Program-made: the position numbers and the translations under genes
DNA from: an uncultured Candidatus Saccharibacteria bacterium
Lineage (GTDB): Bacteria > Patescibacteriota > Doudnabacteria > UBA920 > O2-02-FULL-48-8
DNA length: 38,183 bases
Reading direction: 5' to 3'
Assembly (NCBI GenBank): GCA_964405805.1
Contig: CAYOPE010000005.1
Span: 1 to 38,183, forward strand
Notes under the pieces: model-generated
Databases searched by the model: none
Seen by the model: only the letters and a program-made list of their open reading frames with translations
Told to the model about the DNA's origin: nothing
Shown here: positions 28,023 through 37,163 of the stretch, piece by piece
Layout of the letters: every line of letters starts with the position of its first letter
How positions within the stretch are numbered: the first letter of the stretch is position 1

Positions 28023-28098
28023 TTGCTCCCCCGTGCATTTTTATGTACAATCGTTTTTTAACAGGAGCCTTGCTCCGGGGTCTGTTTTTTGTTATGCT
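28023..28098 (+). promoter_or_regulatory. two tandem promoters with TTGCTC -35 boxes
   Basis: TTGCTC-17 nt-TACAAT (28023-28051) and TTGCTC-17 nt-TATGCT (28070-28098). Confidence 0.55.
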
Positions 28099-28140
28099 GG
28101 GTTACTTGCTACTGGGACAAAACTGGAATGAGGAGGACCC

Positions 28141-28365
28141 ATGCCAATTGAGTTGGATCTGGTGGGTGAGGCGATCGCGAAAGTTCCGAGGGTGGGCAGG
28201 AAGGGAGCGGCGAACATCGTTCGCAAGATCAAAGAAATCGCTGGCGAAAAGACCTACGCCAACTTTCTGCGACAAGCAGAAGAAGCTGGTAGATTTCGTC
28301 GACTCAGCGAGGCGAACCCGCCGCATCCCGGAATGAACGACGGCCATCCCACACCCGAGCGGTAG
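28141..28365 (+). CDS. small orphan protein with helix-hairpin-helix-like motif (74 aa)
   Basis: GAGGAGG SD; IAKVPRVGRKGAANI resembles an HhH motif. Confidence 0.65.
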   Translation: MPIELDLVGEAIAKVPRVGRKGAANIVRKIKEIAGEKTYANFLRQAEEAGRFRRLSEANPPHPGMNDGHPTPER

Positions 28366-28373
28366 CCCCGGCC

Positions 28374-28835
28374 TCAGCGCCCGATTCCCGCCCAAGCTAT
28401 GGCTGCAGCGTCTGCTGCGTCATCTGGCTTGGGCACTTTTTTTAATTTCAGTAAAGTCTGGACCATGCGCTGAACCTGTTTTTTGTCCGCTTTGCCATAG
28501 CCAGTGGCAGCGATTTTGACTTGTAGCGGCGTCACTTCTACGATCTTCAAGCTGTGCTCAGCCGCAGTAAGCAGTACCACTCCCCTGGCTTGGGCTACAC
28601 TCATCACGGTCTTCGCGTTCGAAAAGAAAAACAGGGACTCGACACAGATAGCATCAGGTTTCCATTTTTTTATAAGGCCAACCAGGTCTTTTTTTATTTC
28701 CAGAAGCCGTACAGGATCCGGATTTTTATCCGTAGTAATACAGCCGCACTCTTTGAGTGTGATACTGTTGCCAGTTTGTTCGAGGATTGCATAGCCTGTG
28801 CGGCCGAGGCCAGGGTCGATTCCAAGTATTCTCAT
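28374..28835 (-). CDS. ruvC: crossover junction endodeoxyribonuclease RuvC
   Basis: MRILGIDPGL..TGYA, VESLFF, QARGV, TPLQVK, GYGKADK.QV, DDAADA. Confidence 0.97.
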   Translation of the reverse strand: MRILGIDPGLGRTGYAILEQTGNSITLKECGCITTDKNPDPVRLLEIKKDLVGLIKKWKPDAICVESLFFFSNAKTVMSVAQARGVVLLTAAEHSLKIVEVTPLQVKIAATGYGKADKKQVQRMVQTLLKLKKVPKPDDAADAAAIAWAGIGR

Positions 28836-28836
28836 A

Positions 28837-29299
28837 AGTATCGATGCGAATATACTAATTTACTAATGATACTAATAATAAGCTAGAAAAATCTCTTTCT
28901 AGCATCTGTTTCAATTCTAACAATTCTGACCGGTTTTAGATAACGATTCTGAAAATTAACCAGAAGCGCTAAATCTTTTTTTGTGGATTGCAAATAGCGC
29001 TGACTTTGATAAAAATCCTGCTTTAAGATTAGGCGTTTTGATTTGATTTCCAAGATAATCTTGTCGTCAACTAGAAAATCGAGGACGTTTCCTGTGTCTA
29101 CGACCCGGTGTTCTCGCTTGTACGGGATTTTGGCTTCTTTCAGCAAGTCTTCTATTGCGTCTGCGTATTGCTTTTCACGAGCAAACCTCCCTAGGTTGTT
29201 ATGCACACTGAAACAAATGCCTGTGAGTGTATATGATAACTGCGGGTGTATTAATTTATTTGTATAATTAGTATTCATTTGTATATTAGTATCGATACT
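28837..29299. mobile_element. candidate GxxExxY cassette bounded by inverted repeats
   Basis: 23-bp imperfect IRs (20/23 match) at 28837-28859 and 29277-29299, extended by TACWAAT arrays; fills the yebC-ruvC junction. Confidence 0.6.
28883..29278 (-). CDS. GxxExxY protein (PD-(D/E)XK nuclease-like)
   Basis: LSY.LTG.CF.VHN.LGRFAREKQY, DFLVDDKIILEIK, Q..RYL, LLVNF; start placed at MNTNY. Confidence 0.9.
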   Translation of the reverse strand: MNTNYTNKLIHPQLSYTLTGICFSVHNNLGRFAREKQYADAIEDLLKEAKIPYKREHRVVDTGNVLDFLVDDKIILEIKSKRLILKQDFYQSQRYLQSTKKDLALLVNFQNRYLKPVRIVRIETDARKRFF

Positions 29300-30011
29300 A
29301 CACAGTGTTTGCGTGTACATTAACTACATCCTCATCATTCTCTAGCGATTCAATCAAACTTTCAACTTTCAATCTATCCGACTCATCCAAGCTAATTGAT
29401 TGCTGTGGGCGCATGATGGATTCAGAAGACAGGACTTTGATCTCTTTACTCTCGATAAATTTTTTAATTTTTTCTAGGTCCAATGTCAAAGTATAAATTT
29501 CTAAGCCTTCTTCGGTTTCTTTTACATCCTCCACTCCTTGATCGATCAGTTCTAAAGAAAGATTCTCGGTTCCTGGCTGCTTTTCGACCAAGATTTGGCC
29601 TTTGGACTCAAACATCCATGTCACTGATCCTTGCTCGCCCATGCGGCCATTGTGTTTGTTGAAAATATTGCGGATATTCTGAGTCGTGCGGTTTTTATTA
29701 TCAGTGATAGCCTCGACTATGAAAGCCGATCCTGCCGGCCCATAGCCTTCACAGATGACTTGTTCGATAGCTTCTTTGCCTTCGCCTGATCCTTTTTTGA
29801 TGGCGCGATCAATATTATCTGCAGGCATGGCTGACTCGCGTGCTTTATCCAAAGCCTGTCGCAGTTTGAAATTGAAACTAGGATCAGCTCCACCCCCAGC
29901 TTTTACAGCTACAGAAATATTTTTGGCTAATTTCGTAAACAGCTGACCACGCTTGGCATCAGCTGCGCCTTTGGCCCTTTTGATTGTCGCCCATTTACTG
30001 TGGCCGGACAT
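29298..30011 (-). CDS. yebC: YebC/PmpR-family regulator
   Basis: MSGHSKWATIKRAKG, EGYGPAG, TDNKNRT, LENDEDVVNV. Confidence 0.96.
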   Translation of the reverse strand: MSGHSKWATIKRAKGAADAKRGQLFTKLAKNISVAVKAGGGADPSFNFKLRQALDKARESAMPADNIDRAIKKGSGEGKEAIEQVICEGYGPAGSAFIVEAITDNKNRTTQNIRNIFNKHNGRMGEQGSVTWMFESKGQILVEKQPGTENLSLELIDQGVEDVKETEEGLEIYTLTLDLEKIKKFIESKEIKVLSSESIMRPQQSISLDESDRLKVESLIESLENDEDVVNVHANTV

Positions 30012-30017
30012 AAAAGC

Positions 30018-30049
30018 ATTATATCAAAAAACCGCCGAAGGGCGGTTTT
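30018..30049 (-). terminator. intrinsic terminator fused to an extended -10 promoter
   Basis: minus strand reads AAAACCGCCC-TTC-GGCGGTTTTTT-GA-TATAAT-6 nt-ATG. Confidence 0.8.
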
Positions 30050-30638
30050 AGAAACCACTGGCTCTGGGTAATACTTCGTCTTCGTATAATGCTAGAAGCT
30101 GATCTACTGTTCTTTCTTCTTCAACCCATTTGCCATCTTTATCGGTTTTAGAGTCATTGACATTACACATAATGCTGTCACCTCGGAGAATCCCTTTATC
30201 AAGGAGTGCTCTTAACATGGCTCGGCAGTCGGCGCAGGGATGCAGCGCATCGTGCTCGTGAGCGTCACCTGTAGAACTTTCTTTAGACACAGTGACCATG
30301 GCCACAATTAGCTCCGCATCATTATCTATGGCTTTTCCTACAGCAGCTCGCTCGCCACACTTTTTTTGAGAACCCTTAAAAGAAGGTTTCTCTTTATCTT
30401 TAAAATTGTGTCCTGTAAAAATACTATAGTCTCGTTTGCCATCGCCAGGCATAGTCATGACCGATGCCCCGACATGAAAGCCTCGATATGAGAAGGCCCA
30501 GTCTCTTTCTTGAGCTGCCGCTGTGATGAGATCTTGCTTGAAAAATTCACGGTAATTTCGAACATGCTCAGTCATATCCACTGGTTCGTCTTCGCGATCT
30601 CTATTCCATTCTGAAAAATTATGAACTTCAGCTTGCAT
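30048..30638 (-). CDS. divergent cytidine-deaminase-like protein
   Basis: SYRGFHVGAS, FTGHN, CGERAA (C-x-E), PCADCR (PCxxC); start MQAEV lies 1 nt after the gyrA stop. Confidence 0.8.
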   Translation of the reverse strand: MQAEVHNFSEWNRDREDEPVDMTEHVRNYREFFKQDLITAAAQERDWAFSYRGFHVGASVMTMPGDGKRDYSIFTGHNFKDKEKPSFKGSQKKCGERAAVGKAIDNDAELIVAMVTVSKESSTGDAHEHDALHPCADCRAMLRALLDKGILRGDSIMCNVNDSKTDKDGKWVEEERTVDQLLALYEDEVLPRASGF

Positions 30639-30639
30639 A

Positions 30640-33078
30640 TTAGATGATGGTCGTCGTTGCGACTTTGTCGCCGGCATCCAGTGTCATGACTCGGACGCCT
30701 TGAGTTGCTCGACCGAGAGTAGAAATTTTGCCAACTGGCGTGCGGAGAGTTTGTCCAGCCTTGGTAATCACCACCAAGTCATGTTCTTCAGATTTGTCCA
30801 CGACATGAAGCGAGACAATTTTTCCAGTTTTCGGAGAAATTTTCAGAGTCTTGATGCCACTGCCACCTCGATGCTGTTTTTTGTAGAATTTCAGATCAGT
30901 CTTTTTGCCAAGTCCGTTTTCAGTGACAATCAGAAGTTGCAGATTATCCAGTTTGTCTTTGTGAGAGACCAAATCCATACTCATGATGTGGTCATCTTTC
31001 TTCAGTCTCATGCCACGCACACCTGCTGCGGTCCTGCCCATGCTTCTGACATCTTTTTCGTCAAAGCGGATGGCCTGGCCGTTAGAAGTCGAGACAATCA
31101 CATCGTCAGCTCCAGTTGAGTATTTGACCCAGCGCAGTTCATCGCCGCCTTTGATCTTGATGGCAATCAAACCAGAACGACGGACCTTAGCAAATTCTTC
31201 GATCGGAGTTTTCTTGATCACGCCTTTTTTCGTCAGCATGATTAAGAATTTGACCGCGGTTTTCTTAGAAATAGTCTGGATGGCTTGAACTGTCTCATCA
31301 TTGGGCAATTCCAGGAAGTTGACCAAAGCCTGGCCTCTGGCAGTACGGGATCCTTCTGGGAGCTCATAAACTTTGGTTTGGAACACGCGACCCTTGTTCG
31401 TGAAAAACAAAATGTCATCATGAGTATTGGTGGTGCTTAGCCATTCCACCACATCTTCTTCTTTGGTCGTCATGCCGATGACACCTTTGCCACCGCGGCC
31501 TTGGGTTTTGTAAGTATCAGGAGGTAGGCGTTTGACGTATCCGGATTTGGTGATGATGACCATGGCTTGCTGTTCAGGGATCAGATCTTCAACTTTAAAT
31601 TCTCCGATTGGCTGTTTGACTAGAGTAGTTTTGCGCTCGTTGCCATACTTGTTCTTGAGTTCAGTGAGTTCGTCTTTGATGACGTTGCGGATTTTCTTTT
31701 CTGATTTGAGCAGAGCTTCCAGTTCTTCGATAAGTTTGCGTTTTTCTTTGAGTTCGTCATCGATTTTTTTGCGCTCAAGTCCAGCCAAAGCCCGTAGTTG
31801 CATCTGCAGTATTGCCGTTGCTTGTTTATCAGATAATTTAAACTTACTCATCAATGCGGCATGAGCTTCTTCAGTAGTATCAGATTTGCGAATAGTTTGT
31901 ATTACGGCGTCAATGTGATCAAGGGCTTTTTTTAAGCCTTCCAATATGTGAGCGCGCTCTTTGGCTTTGTTTAGATCGAAAGCCGTGCGTCTAGTGATGA
32001 TTTGTTGGCGGTGCTTGATGTAGTATTCTAGAATATTTTTTAAATTCAGCACCTGCGGTTCAATGCCATCCACGAGTGCCAGCATGTTAACATGAAATGT
32101 CTCTTGCAAACTGGAATATTTAAATAGCTGATTTAAAATTTTGTTCGGCAAGCCTTCTTTTTTCAGTTCAATGACAATTCGTACGCCATCTTTATCTGAT
32201 TCGTCGCGCAGATCGCGAATGCCTTCAACTTTTTTGTCTTTAACGAGCTCGGCAAACTGTTCAAGCAAAGACGCTTTGTTTACTTGGTATGGAATTTCAT
32301 TGATGATGATTTTGTGTTGCCCTTTTTCTTCGATAATTTCTGTTTTGGCCCGCATAACTACCGGTCCTTTGCCTGTGGCATAGACTTGTTTGATCGTGTT
32401 CCAATCATAGATATAGCCGCCTGTCGGAAAATCCGGTCCTTTCACAAATTCCAAAAGGTCTTCTGTGGTCGCAGATGGCTCATCGATAAGTTTGATGGTG
32501 GCATCCACGACTTCGCCGAGGTTGTGCGGAGGAATGTTCGTTGCCATACCCACGGCAATGCCGAGTGTTCCATTGAGTAGTAGCTGGGGGGCTTTGGCAG
32601 GAAGCACTTTTGGCTCTTGTCTCGTGGTATCGTAGTTATCCATCCAGTCCACAGTTTCTTTTTCCAGATCCGTAAGCATTTCTTCAGCCAGTGCCATCAT
32701 CCTAGCTTCTGTATAACGCATGGCAGCTGGGGCATCGCCATCCATAGAACCGAAGTTTCCCTGGCCATTGATGAGCGGATAGCGCATGGCAAATTCCTGA
32801 GCCATGCGAACCATAGAATCATACACAGCCACATCACCGTGCGGGTGGTATTTGGCCAAAACTTCTCCGACTACAGCAGCTGATTTTCTAAATTTGGCAT
32901 TACTGCGCAGTCCTAGTTCTGACATAGCATAGAGTATGCGTCTGTGTACTGGTTTGAGTCCGTCACGGACATCAGGCAGCGCGCGCGAAACTATGACACT
33001 CATGGCATAGTCGAGATATGACTCTTCCATTTCTTTTTCTATGGGCCGCGGATTGATTTGTCCAATTTTATTATCCAT
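30640..33078 (-). CDS. gyrA: DNA gyrase subunit A
   Basis: [37 protein letters not shown], GyrA box QGRGGKG. Confidence 0.98.
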   Translation of the reverse strand: MDNKIGQINPRPIEKEMEESYLDYAMSVIVSRALPDVRDGLKPVHRRILYAMSELGLRSNAKFRKSAAVVGEVLAKYHPHGDVAVYDSMVRMAQEFAMRYPLINGQGNFGSMDGDAPAAMRYTEARMMALAEEMLTDLEKETVDWMDNYDTTRQEPKVLPAKAPQLLLNGTLGIAVGMATNIPPHNLGEVVDATIKLIDEPSATTEDLLEFVKGPDFPTGGYIYDWNTIKQVYATGKGPVVMRAKTEIIEEKGQHKIIINEIPYQVNKASLLEQFAELVKDKKVEGIRDLRDESDKDGVRIVIELKKEGLPNKILNQLFKYSSLQETFHVNMLALVDGIEPQVLNLKNILEYYIKHRQQIITRRTAFDLNKAKERAHILEGLKKALDHIDAVIQTIRKSDTTEEAHAALMSKFKLSDKQATAILQMQLRALAGLERKKIDDELKEKRKLIEELEALLKSEKKIRNVIKDELTELKNKYGNERKTTLVKQPIGEFKVEDLIPEQQAMVIITKSGYVKRLPPDTYKTQGRGGKGVIGMTTKEEDVVEWLSTTNTHDDILFFTNKGRVFQTKVYELPEGSRTARGQALVNFLELPNDETVQAIQTISKKTAVKFLIMLTKKGVIKKTPIEEFAKVRRSGLIAIKIKGGDELRWVKYSTGADDVIVSTSNGQAIRFDEKDVRSMGRTAAGVRGMRLKKDDHIMSMDLVSHKDKLDNLQLLIVTENGLGKKTDLKFYKKQHRGGSGIKTLKISPKTGKIVSLHVVDKSEEHDLVVITKAGQTLRTPVGKISTLGRATQGVRVMTLDAGDKVATTTII

Positions 33079-33080
33079 AG

Positions 33081-33641
33081 TTAGTCTCGAAGATTGTCTT
33101 TATTGTTTAAAGCTTTCAAATCAAGGTTAATTTTTTGGCTTAAGGCCTGATCTGATTTTTGGTCAAATGTCATTTGGCTAAATTCGAGTACAGCAGTATT
33201 GTCTTTAACCGCAGGGAAAACTAAAATTCCAAATTGCTGGGTATGTGAGAGAATCTTTTGCACAAAAGGCTGTCCTTGTCGATTTAAAATCTTGCTTGGG
33301 TGTAATTGATTACCATTGAGAGTTAAGGTGATTTCAGAGGGTTTAGAAAAATTTAAAATATCACTGGTTGAGTTATTGAAGTTAAAATAAATCTTCAAAT
33401 TATTCGCAGTTGATTCAACCCATTCGACTTCCCCTAGGGAAATCTCATTAGCTACTTTCAGGTCCTGACTGGTTGATTCGTTGGTCCCTCCGATACTTCC
33501 ATTAATCGTGGACTTCAGACTCATAACCCAGATGATGAACAGTAGAATTCCAATTGCGACAACCGTGCTCCATAAAATCTTAACGCGACTTTCGTAGGGT
33601 TTGTTTTGTAAATTAGCAATGAACTTTTGCCAAGCCATCAT
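33081..33641 (-). CDS. membrane-anchored hypothetical protein
   Basis: one N-terminal TM helix followed by a beta-rich soluble domain; in line with gyrA. Confidence 0.75.
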   Translation of the reverse strand: MMAWQKFIANLQNKPYESRVKILWSTVVAIGILLFIIWVMSLKSTINGSIGGTNESTSQDLKVANEISLGEVEWVESTANNLKIYFNFNNSTSDILNFSKPSEITLTLNGNQLHPSKILNRQGQPFVQKILSHTQQFGILVFPAVKDNTAVLEFSQMTFDQKSDQALSQKINLDLKALNNKDNLRD

Positions 33642-34267
33642 CTTTGAGGGGTTAAGACTATTAGCGAGGTTTGTTCGCCAGCCAGGTCTTTTTTCTTTAA
33701 AGACAACTTTTCTTCTTCAGTGTGCTTGCCCCCCATTTCTTGTAAAAACTTATCGAGCTTGTCAAGATTTAGTTCGAGTCCAGGAATTTTATAGCTGTGC
33801 GGAATAATTATATATGGTTCGAGTTGATTACCAATTTTTGCCCCAGCCTCAAAATCTAAAATTTGCTTACCTCCAACTGGCACTAAAGCGATGTCAGATC
33901 CTTCAAATGCCTCTTTTTGTTCGTCGGTTAACGCTCCTTGTTTGATGGGGCCCAAAAAAGCAATCCTAATTCCTTCCACCTCGATACTGTAAATCGTCGC
34001 AGGGCCGAGTTCTTTGTTTTCGGCTGGGGTACCGATTATAAAAGCTTCCTTGATGTCATACTCTCCCGGACCATCAATGATAAAAGGATTTCCGGAAATC
34101 GAGCTAAAATTGTTGCACCAGTTAAGCTTAGGATTTGAGCAAATCACAACATCAGCGGCTCCGCGTACTGCTGTTAAGCCGCTTTCTTTCCCAAATGGGT
34201 CAGTGATAATTGTGATGTCTTTTCCTACGATTTTAAAGCTTCCGAGGCCAAACCAAGAGATAGTCAT
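33638..34267 (-). CDS. MBL-fold metallo-hydrolase-like protein with degenerate metal site
   Basis: ISWFG..SFKI, IITDPF, IDGPGEYDI, DIALVPVGG, IIIPHSY; HxHxDH motif absent. Confidence 0.85.
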   Translation of the reverse strand: MTISWFGLGSFKIVGKDITIITDPFGKESGLTAVRGAADVVICSNPKLNWCNNFSSISGNPFIIDGPGEYDIKEAFIIGTPAENKELGPATIYSIEVEGIRIAFLGPIKQGALTDEQKEAFEGSDIALVPVGGKQILDFEAGAKIGNQLEPYIIIPHSYKIPGLELNLDKLDKFLQEMGGKHTEEEKLSLKKKDLAGEQTSLIVLTPQR

Positions 34268-34295
34268 AGCCTGTTTATTTTAGCAAATTTTGCTC

Positions 34296-34375
34296 TTGAT
34301 TTCAATGCCGATTTAGAGTATAATCCTAAAGCTTAGAAGGGTTTTAGCAAGTCGCAGAGTCGAACGAGCTAAAAC
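34296..34375 (+). promoter_or_regulatory. rpsA promoter and structured leader
   Basis: TTGATT-17 nt-TATAAT (34296-34324); leader stem GTTTTAGC...GCTAAAAC. Confidence 0.6.
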
Positions 34376-34384
34376 GCAAGGATT

Positions 34385-35494
34385 ATGGCAAATCAAACAA
34401 CTCTCAAAGAGCCAAAGACCATGCAAGAGCTTTTGGCTTCAGAGGGAGTAGATATTAAAGTTCCTAAGGCCGGAGACGTGCTGGAGGGAACTGTTTTGTC
34501 TGTGAGTAAAAACGAAGTCTTTGTCGATATCGAGGGTGTGGGTTTGGGCGTAGTTCGTGGTCGCGAACTTTATGATGAATCAGTCAGAGTTTCTTCTCTT
34601 AAGATTGGTGATAAAGTTTTAGCACAAGTTATTGATCCTGAGAATAAAGAAGGCAACATCGAGCTGTCTTTCCGAGCAGCTGGACAAGAGCGAGTTTGGC
34701 AGACTTTATCCGACCGGATGAAATCCCGAGAAATAATCAAGACCAAGATTTTGGAAGCAAACAAAGGTGGTCTTATGGTCGAGGTCAATGGTGTTATAGG
34801 ATTTTTGCCTGTATCGCAACTGTCCTCAGAGCATTACCCGCGCGTCGAAGAAGGAGACAAAAATAAAATTCTGGAAATCCTAAAAAGCTATGTAGGAAAA
34901 ATTTTCGATGTTCAAATTATCACGGCTGATGCGCAAGATGAAAAGTTGATTGTGTCTGAGAAGGCTGTGGGCGAAGAAGAGTTGCGCAGTAAGATCGGCA
35001 AGCTTGCTTTAGGGCAGGTAGTTGAAGGTGAAGTCTCAGGAATTGTTGACTTTGGTATCTTTATCAAATTTGATCCAGGCTTGGAAGGATTGGTTCATAT
35101 CTCAGAACTTGCTTGGAGTCGTATCGAGCATCCAAAAGATTTGTACAAGGTTGGTCAGAAAGTCAAAGCACAGGTCATTTCTATTGATCGTGACCGCATT
35201 TCCCTTTCGATCAAGAGGTTGCAACCAGATCCTTGGGCTGAAACAATCAAAAACTACGCAGTCGGACAAATGGTAAAAGGAAAAGTGACCAAGGTCACCT
35301 CGTATGGCGCCTTTGTCGAACTGGAACCGGAAATTTCAGGACTGGTTCACTCTGTAGAATTGTCGAATGAAGAAGTCAAAGATCCATCTGAGATTGTCAA
35401 AGTCGGCGACGAGAAAGAATTCCGAATAATCTCGATTGAACCACAAGAGCATCGCTTAGGTCTATCACTTCGATCAGTTGAAAAAACCTCCTAA
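34385..35494 (+). CDS. rpsA: 30S ribosomal protein S1 (four S1 domains)
   Basis: repeated S1 motifs: NKGGL, GFLPVSQ, DFGIF, EGLVHISELAW, YGAFVEL. Confidence 0.93.
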   Translation: MANQTTLKEPKTMQELLASEGVDIKVPKAGDVLEGTVLSVSKNEVFVDIEGVGLGVVRGRELYDESVRVSSLKIGDKVLAQVIDPENKEGNIELSFRAAGQERVWQTLSDRMKSREIIKTKILEANKGGLMVEVNGVIGFLPVSQLSSEHYPRVEEGDKNKILEILKSYVGKIFDVQIITADAQDEKLIVSEKAVGEEELRSKIGKLALGQVVEGEVSGIVDFGIFIKFDPGLEGLVHISELAWSRIEHPKDLYKVGQKVKAQVISIDRDRISLSIKRLQPDPWAETIKNYAVGQMVKGKVTKVTSYGAFVELEPEISGLVHSVELSNEEVKDPSEIVKVGDEKEFRIISIEPQEHRLGLSLRSVEKTS

Positions 35495-35510
35495 TCTTAG
35501 GAGGTTTTTT
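35481..35510. terminator. bidirectional terminator
   Basis: AAAAAACCTCCTAA-TC-TTAGGAGGTTTTTT between convergent genes. Confidence 0.9.
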
Positions 35511-36177
35511 ATTGAATACTTTTTTCTATTGCTAATAGTTTGTCATATACGACCTGGTTGTTATAAACCCAGTGGTCAGCTGGCGGTTGTTTGTAAAGTC
35601 CGTTCATTTTTTCAAAGCTCATACTGGAATATTTTACAGCCGAGTGTTTGGGAAATTTATTCAGAAAATGATTCATGGCAATCACTCCATCCCCTAAATT
35701 CGTACCCAGATCCCATAGGCTCGCTCCCCCTACTCCCCAGCAGTTGGCTTTAGCTTCCGGATAATGCTCGCACATCGAGCTTTCTGCATTTGATAGAGCG
35801 ACGATCTTCTTCCAATTCCGAAGAGAAACTAAGGTCGAAGCAAAGCTGGCCAGAGGAGACCCTTCTGATCGAAGATAGTTCTGAACCTTTTCAGTTAATT
35901 TTTGTTGACGAATCGCCTGCTTTAAAGCTTGTTCTTGGTAGTACTTATCAGTCAGATCTTGCGATAGTTGATCTAGATAATCTTGATAATCAGTACTGCT
36001 CATATCAAAAATCAAAACAGGACCTAGGTCAGCCGGTGTTTGAGCAAAGGTTTCATGAGGTAAAAGGATTGTAGTGAAACTTAGCAAAAAGACTATGAGG
36101 AAGAATTTGTGTTTCAGAGTAAGAGTTGCAAAGTTTGCTTTTAAATGGGGAATTTTTAGAACTTTGACAATGTCCAT
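35509..36177 (-). CDS. exported lysozyme/glucosaminidase-like protein (paralog 1)
   Basis: signal/TM segment; YLRSEGSPLA, NWKKIVALSNAESSMC, NCWGVGG shared with 36491-37045; TTGACC-17 nt-TAAGGT promoter at 36215-36187. Confidence 0.7.
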   Translation of the reverse strand: MDIVKVLKIPHLKANFATLTLKHKFFLIVFLLSFTTILLPHETFAQTPADLGPVLIFDMSSTDYQDYLDQLSQDLTDKYYQEQALKQAIRQQKLTEKVQNYLRSEGSPLASFASTLVSLRNWKKIVALSNAESSMCEHYPEAKANCWGVGGASLWDLGTNLGDGVIAMNHFLNKFPKHSAVKYSSMSFEKMNGLYKQPPADHWVYNNQVVYDKLLAIEKSIQ

Positions 36178-36264
36178 ACAAAAGCTACCTTAACAGATTA
36201 AAATACATGGGTCAACCATAATATGTGGATTGTTTGTGAAATATAATTTATAATATGCAAACAA

Positions 36265-36338
36265 GGCGTCATGGCCGAGCGGTTAGGCAGAGGTCTGCAA
36301 AACCTTTTACACCGGTTCAACTCCGGTTGACGCCTCCA
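36265..36338 (+). tRNA. tRNA-Cys(GCA)
   Basis: GGCGTCA/TGACGCC acceptor stem, CTGCAAA anticodon loop, GGTTCAA T-arm, encoded CCA. Confidence 0.97.
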
Positions 36339-36342
36339 GAAA

Positions 36343-36429
36343 GCCCGAGTGCTGGAACTGGGATACAGGATCGACTTAAAATCGATTGCCCTTACGGGAT
36401 TGAGGGTTCGACTCCCTCCTCGGGCACCA
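36343..36429 (+). tRNA. tRNA-Leu(TAA)
   Basis: GCCCGAG/CTCGGGC acceptor stem, ATCGA-CTTAAAA-TCGAT, long variable arm, encoded CCA. Confidence 0.97.
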
Positions 36430-36440
36430 AATAATAATTT

Positions 36441-36466
36441 AAAAGCCCCTCTTGCGAGGGGCTTTC
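36441..36466. terminator. terminator hairpin after the tRNA pair, probably bidirectional
   Basis: AAAGCCCCTC-TTGC-GAGGGGCTTT. Confidence 0.8.
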
Positions 36467-36490
36467 GTCAGACTGTTTTATTTATTGTGC

Positions 36491-37045
36491 TCAGTTGGCT
36501 AGAGGTAGCTGATCCAGTTCGTTTAGAGTTTTGCTGACTGCTAAAACCCAAGTTGGGCTATAAGAGCCTACATACCTACGAACGATTTCTTTTGGAGTAT
36601 CTTTACCATCTGGTAAATATTTTCTGGTTAACAAATCGTCAACATCAGAAAATCCTTCAGCAAAAGATTTATATCGTTTCAAGTTCCAGGCGCCACCGAC
36701 TCCCCAACAGTTGTTGTACATCTGCCGCTTACACATCGTAGATTCACCATTGGAAATAGCTAATACTAGTTTCCAATTGTCATTCTCTAAGATCTGCTCA
36801 GCGTAAGGGGCGAGCGGAGAACCTTTCTTTTGTAAGTAATCTTGTAAGATTGCGATATTCGGATCTACTTGTGGAGTCTTGACTGTATCAGCTGAATTGT
36901 CGGGATTTGTTTTGCTATTGATGTAATCGTTAACAGTGTTTATTTCAAGGACGAGAGAGTTTTGAGTTTGGGCAGATGCTAGGGAGGGAAACATTGCTGT
37001 AACCGCAACCACTAAAAGCATCACCAAGACAAAACGACTTGTCAT
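36491..37045 (-). CDS. secreted lysozyme/glucosaminidase-like protein (paralog 2)
   Basis: signal peptide ending ASA; YLQKKGSPLA, NWKLVLAISNGESTMC, NNCWGVGG. Confidence 0.75.
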   Translation of the reverse strand: MTSRFVLVMLLVVAVTAMFPSLASAQTQNSLVLEINTVNDYINSKTNPDNSADTVKTPQVDPNIAILQDYLQKKGSPLAPYAEQILENDNWKLVLAISNGESTMCKRQMYNNCWGVGGAWNLKRYKSFAEGFSDVDDLLTRKYLPDGKDTPKEIVRRYVGSYSPTWVLAVSKTLNELDQLPLAN

Positions 37046-37114
37046 TGAATATACTTTCCACGCTAGTTTAATCGCTCTCCTGTCGAGAGACTAAAAAAGC
37101 TTGGTTAGACCTTT

Positions 37115-37143
37115 ACCCGCTCACCAAAAATTGGTGAGTGGGT
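37115..37143. repeat. palindromic hairpin
   Basis: ACCCGCTCACCA-AAAAT-TGGTGAGTGGGT, further enclosed by AAGCTT...AAGCTT. Confidence 0.65.
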
Positions 37144-37163
37144 TTATAAGCTTAAAAAGAACC

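Noticed and set aside
27552-28395. Alternative ORFs 27603-27965(-), 28043-28336(+), 28102-28395(-) and the TTG start at 27552
   Set aside because: They are shadow frames of GC-rich DNA lacking SD or promoter support; 27552 is the -35 box.
30700-32883. Antisense ORFs within gyrA (likewise within polA, pilB, dnaN, PBP, ruvC and others)
   Set aside because: They are fully antisense to well-conserved genes, have no recognisable motifs, and are expected by chance.
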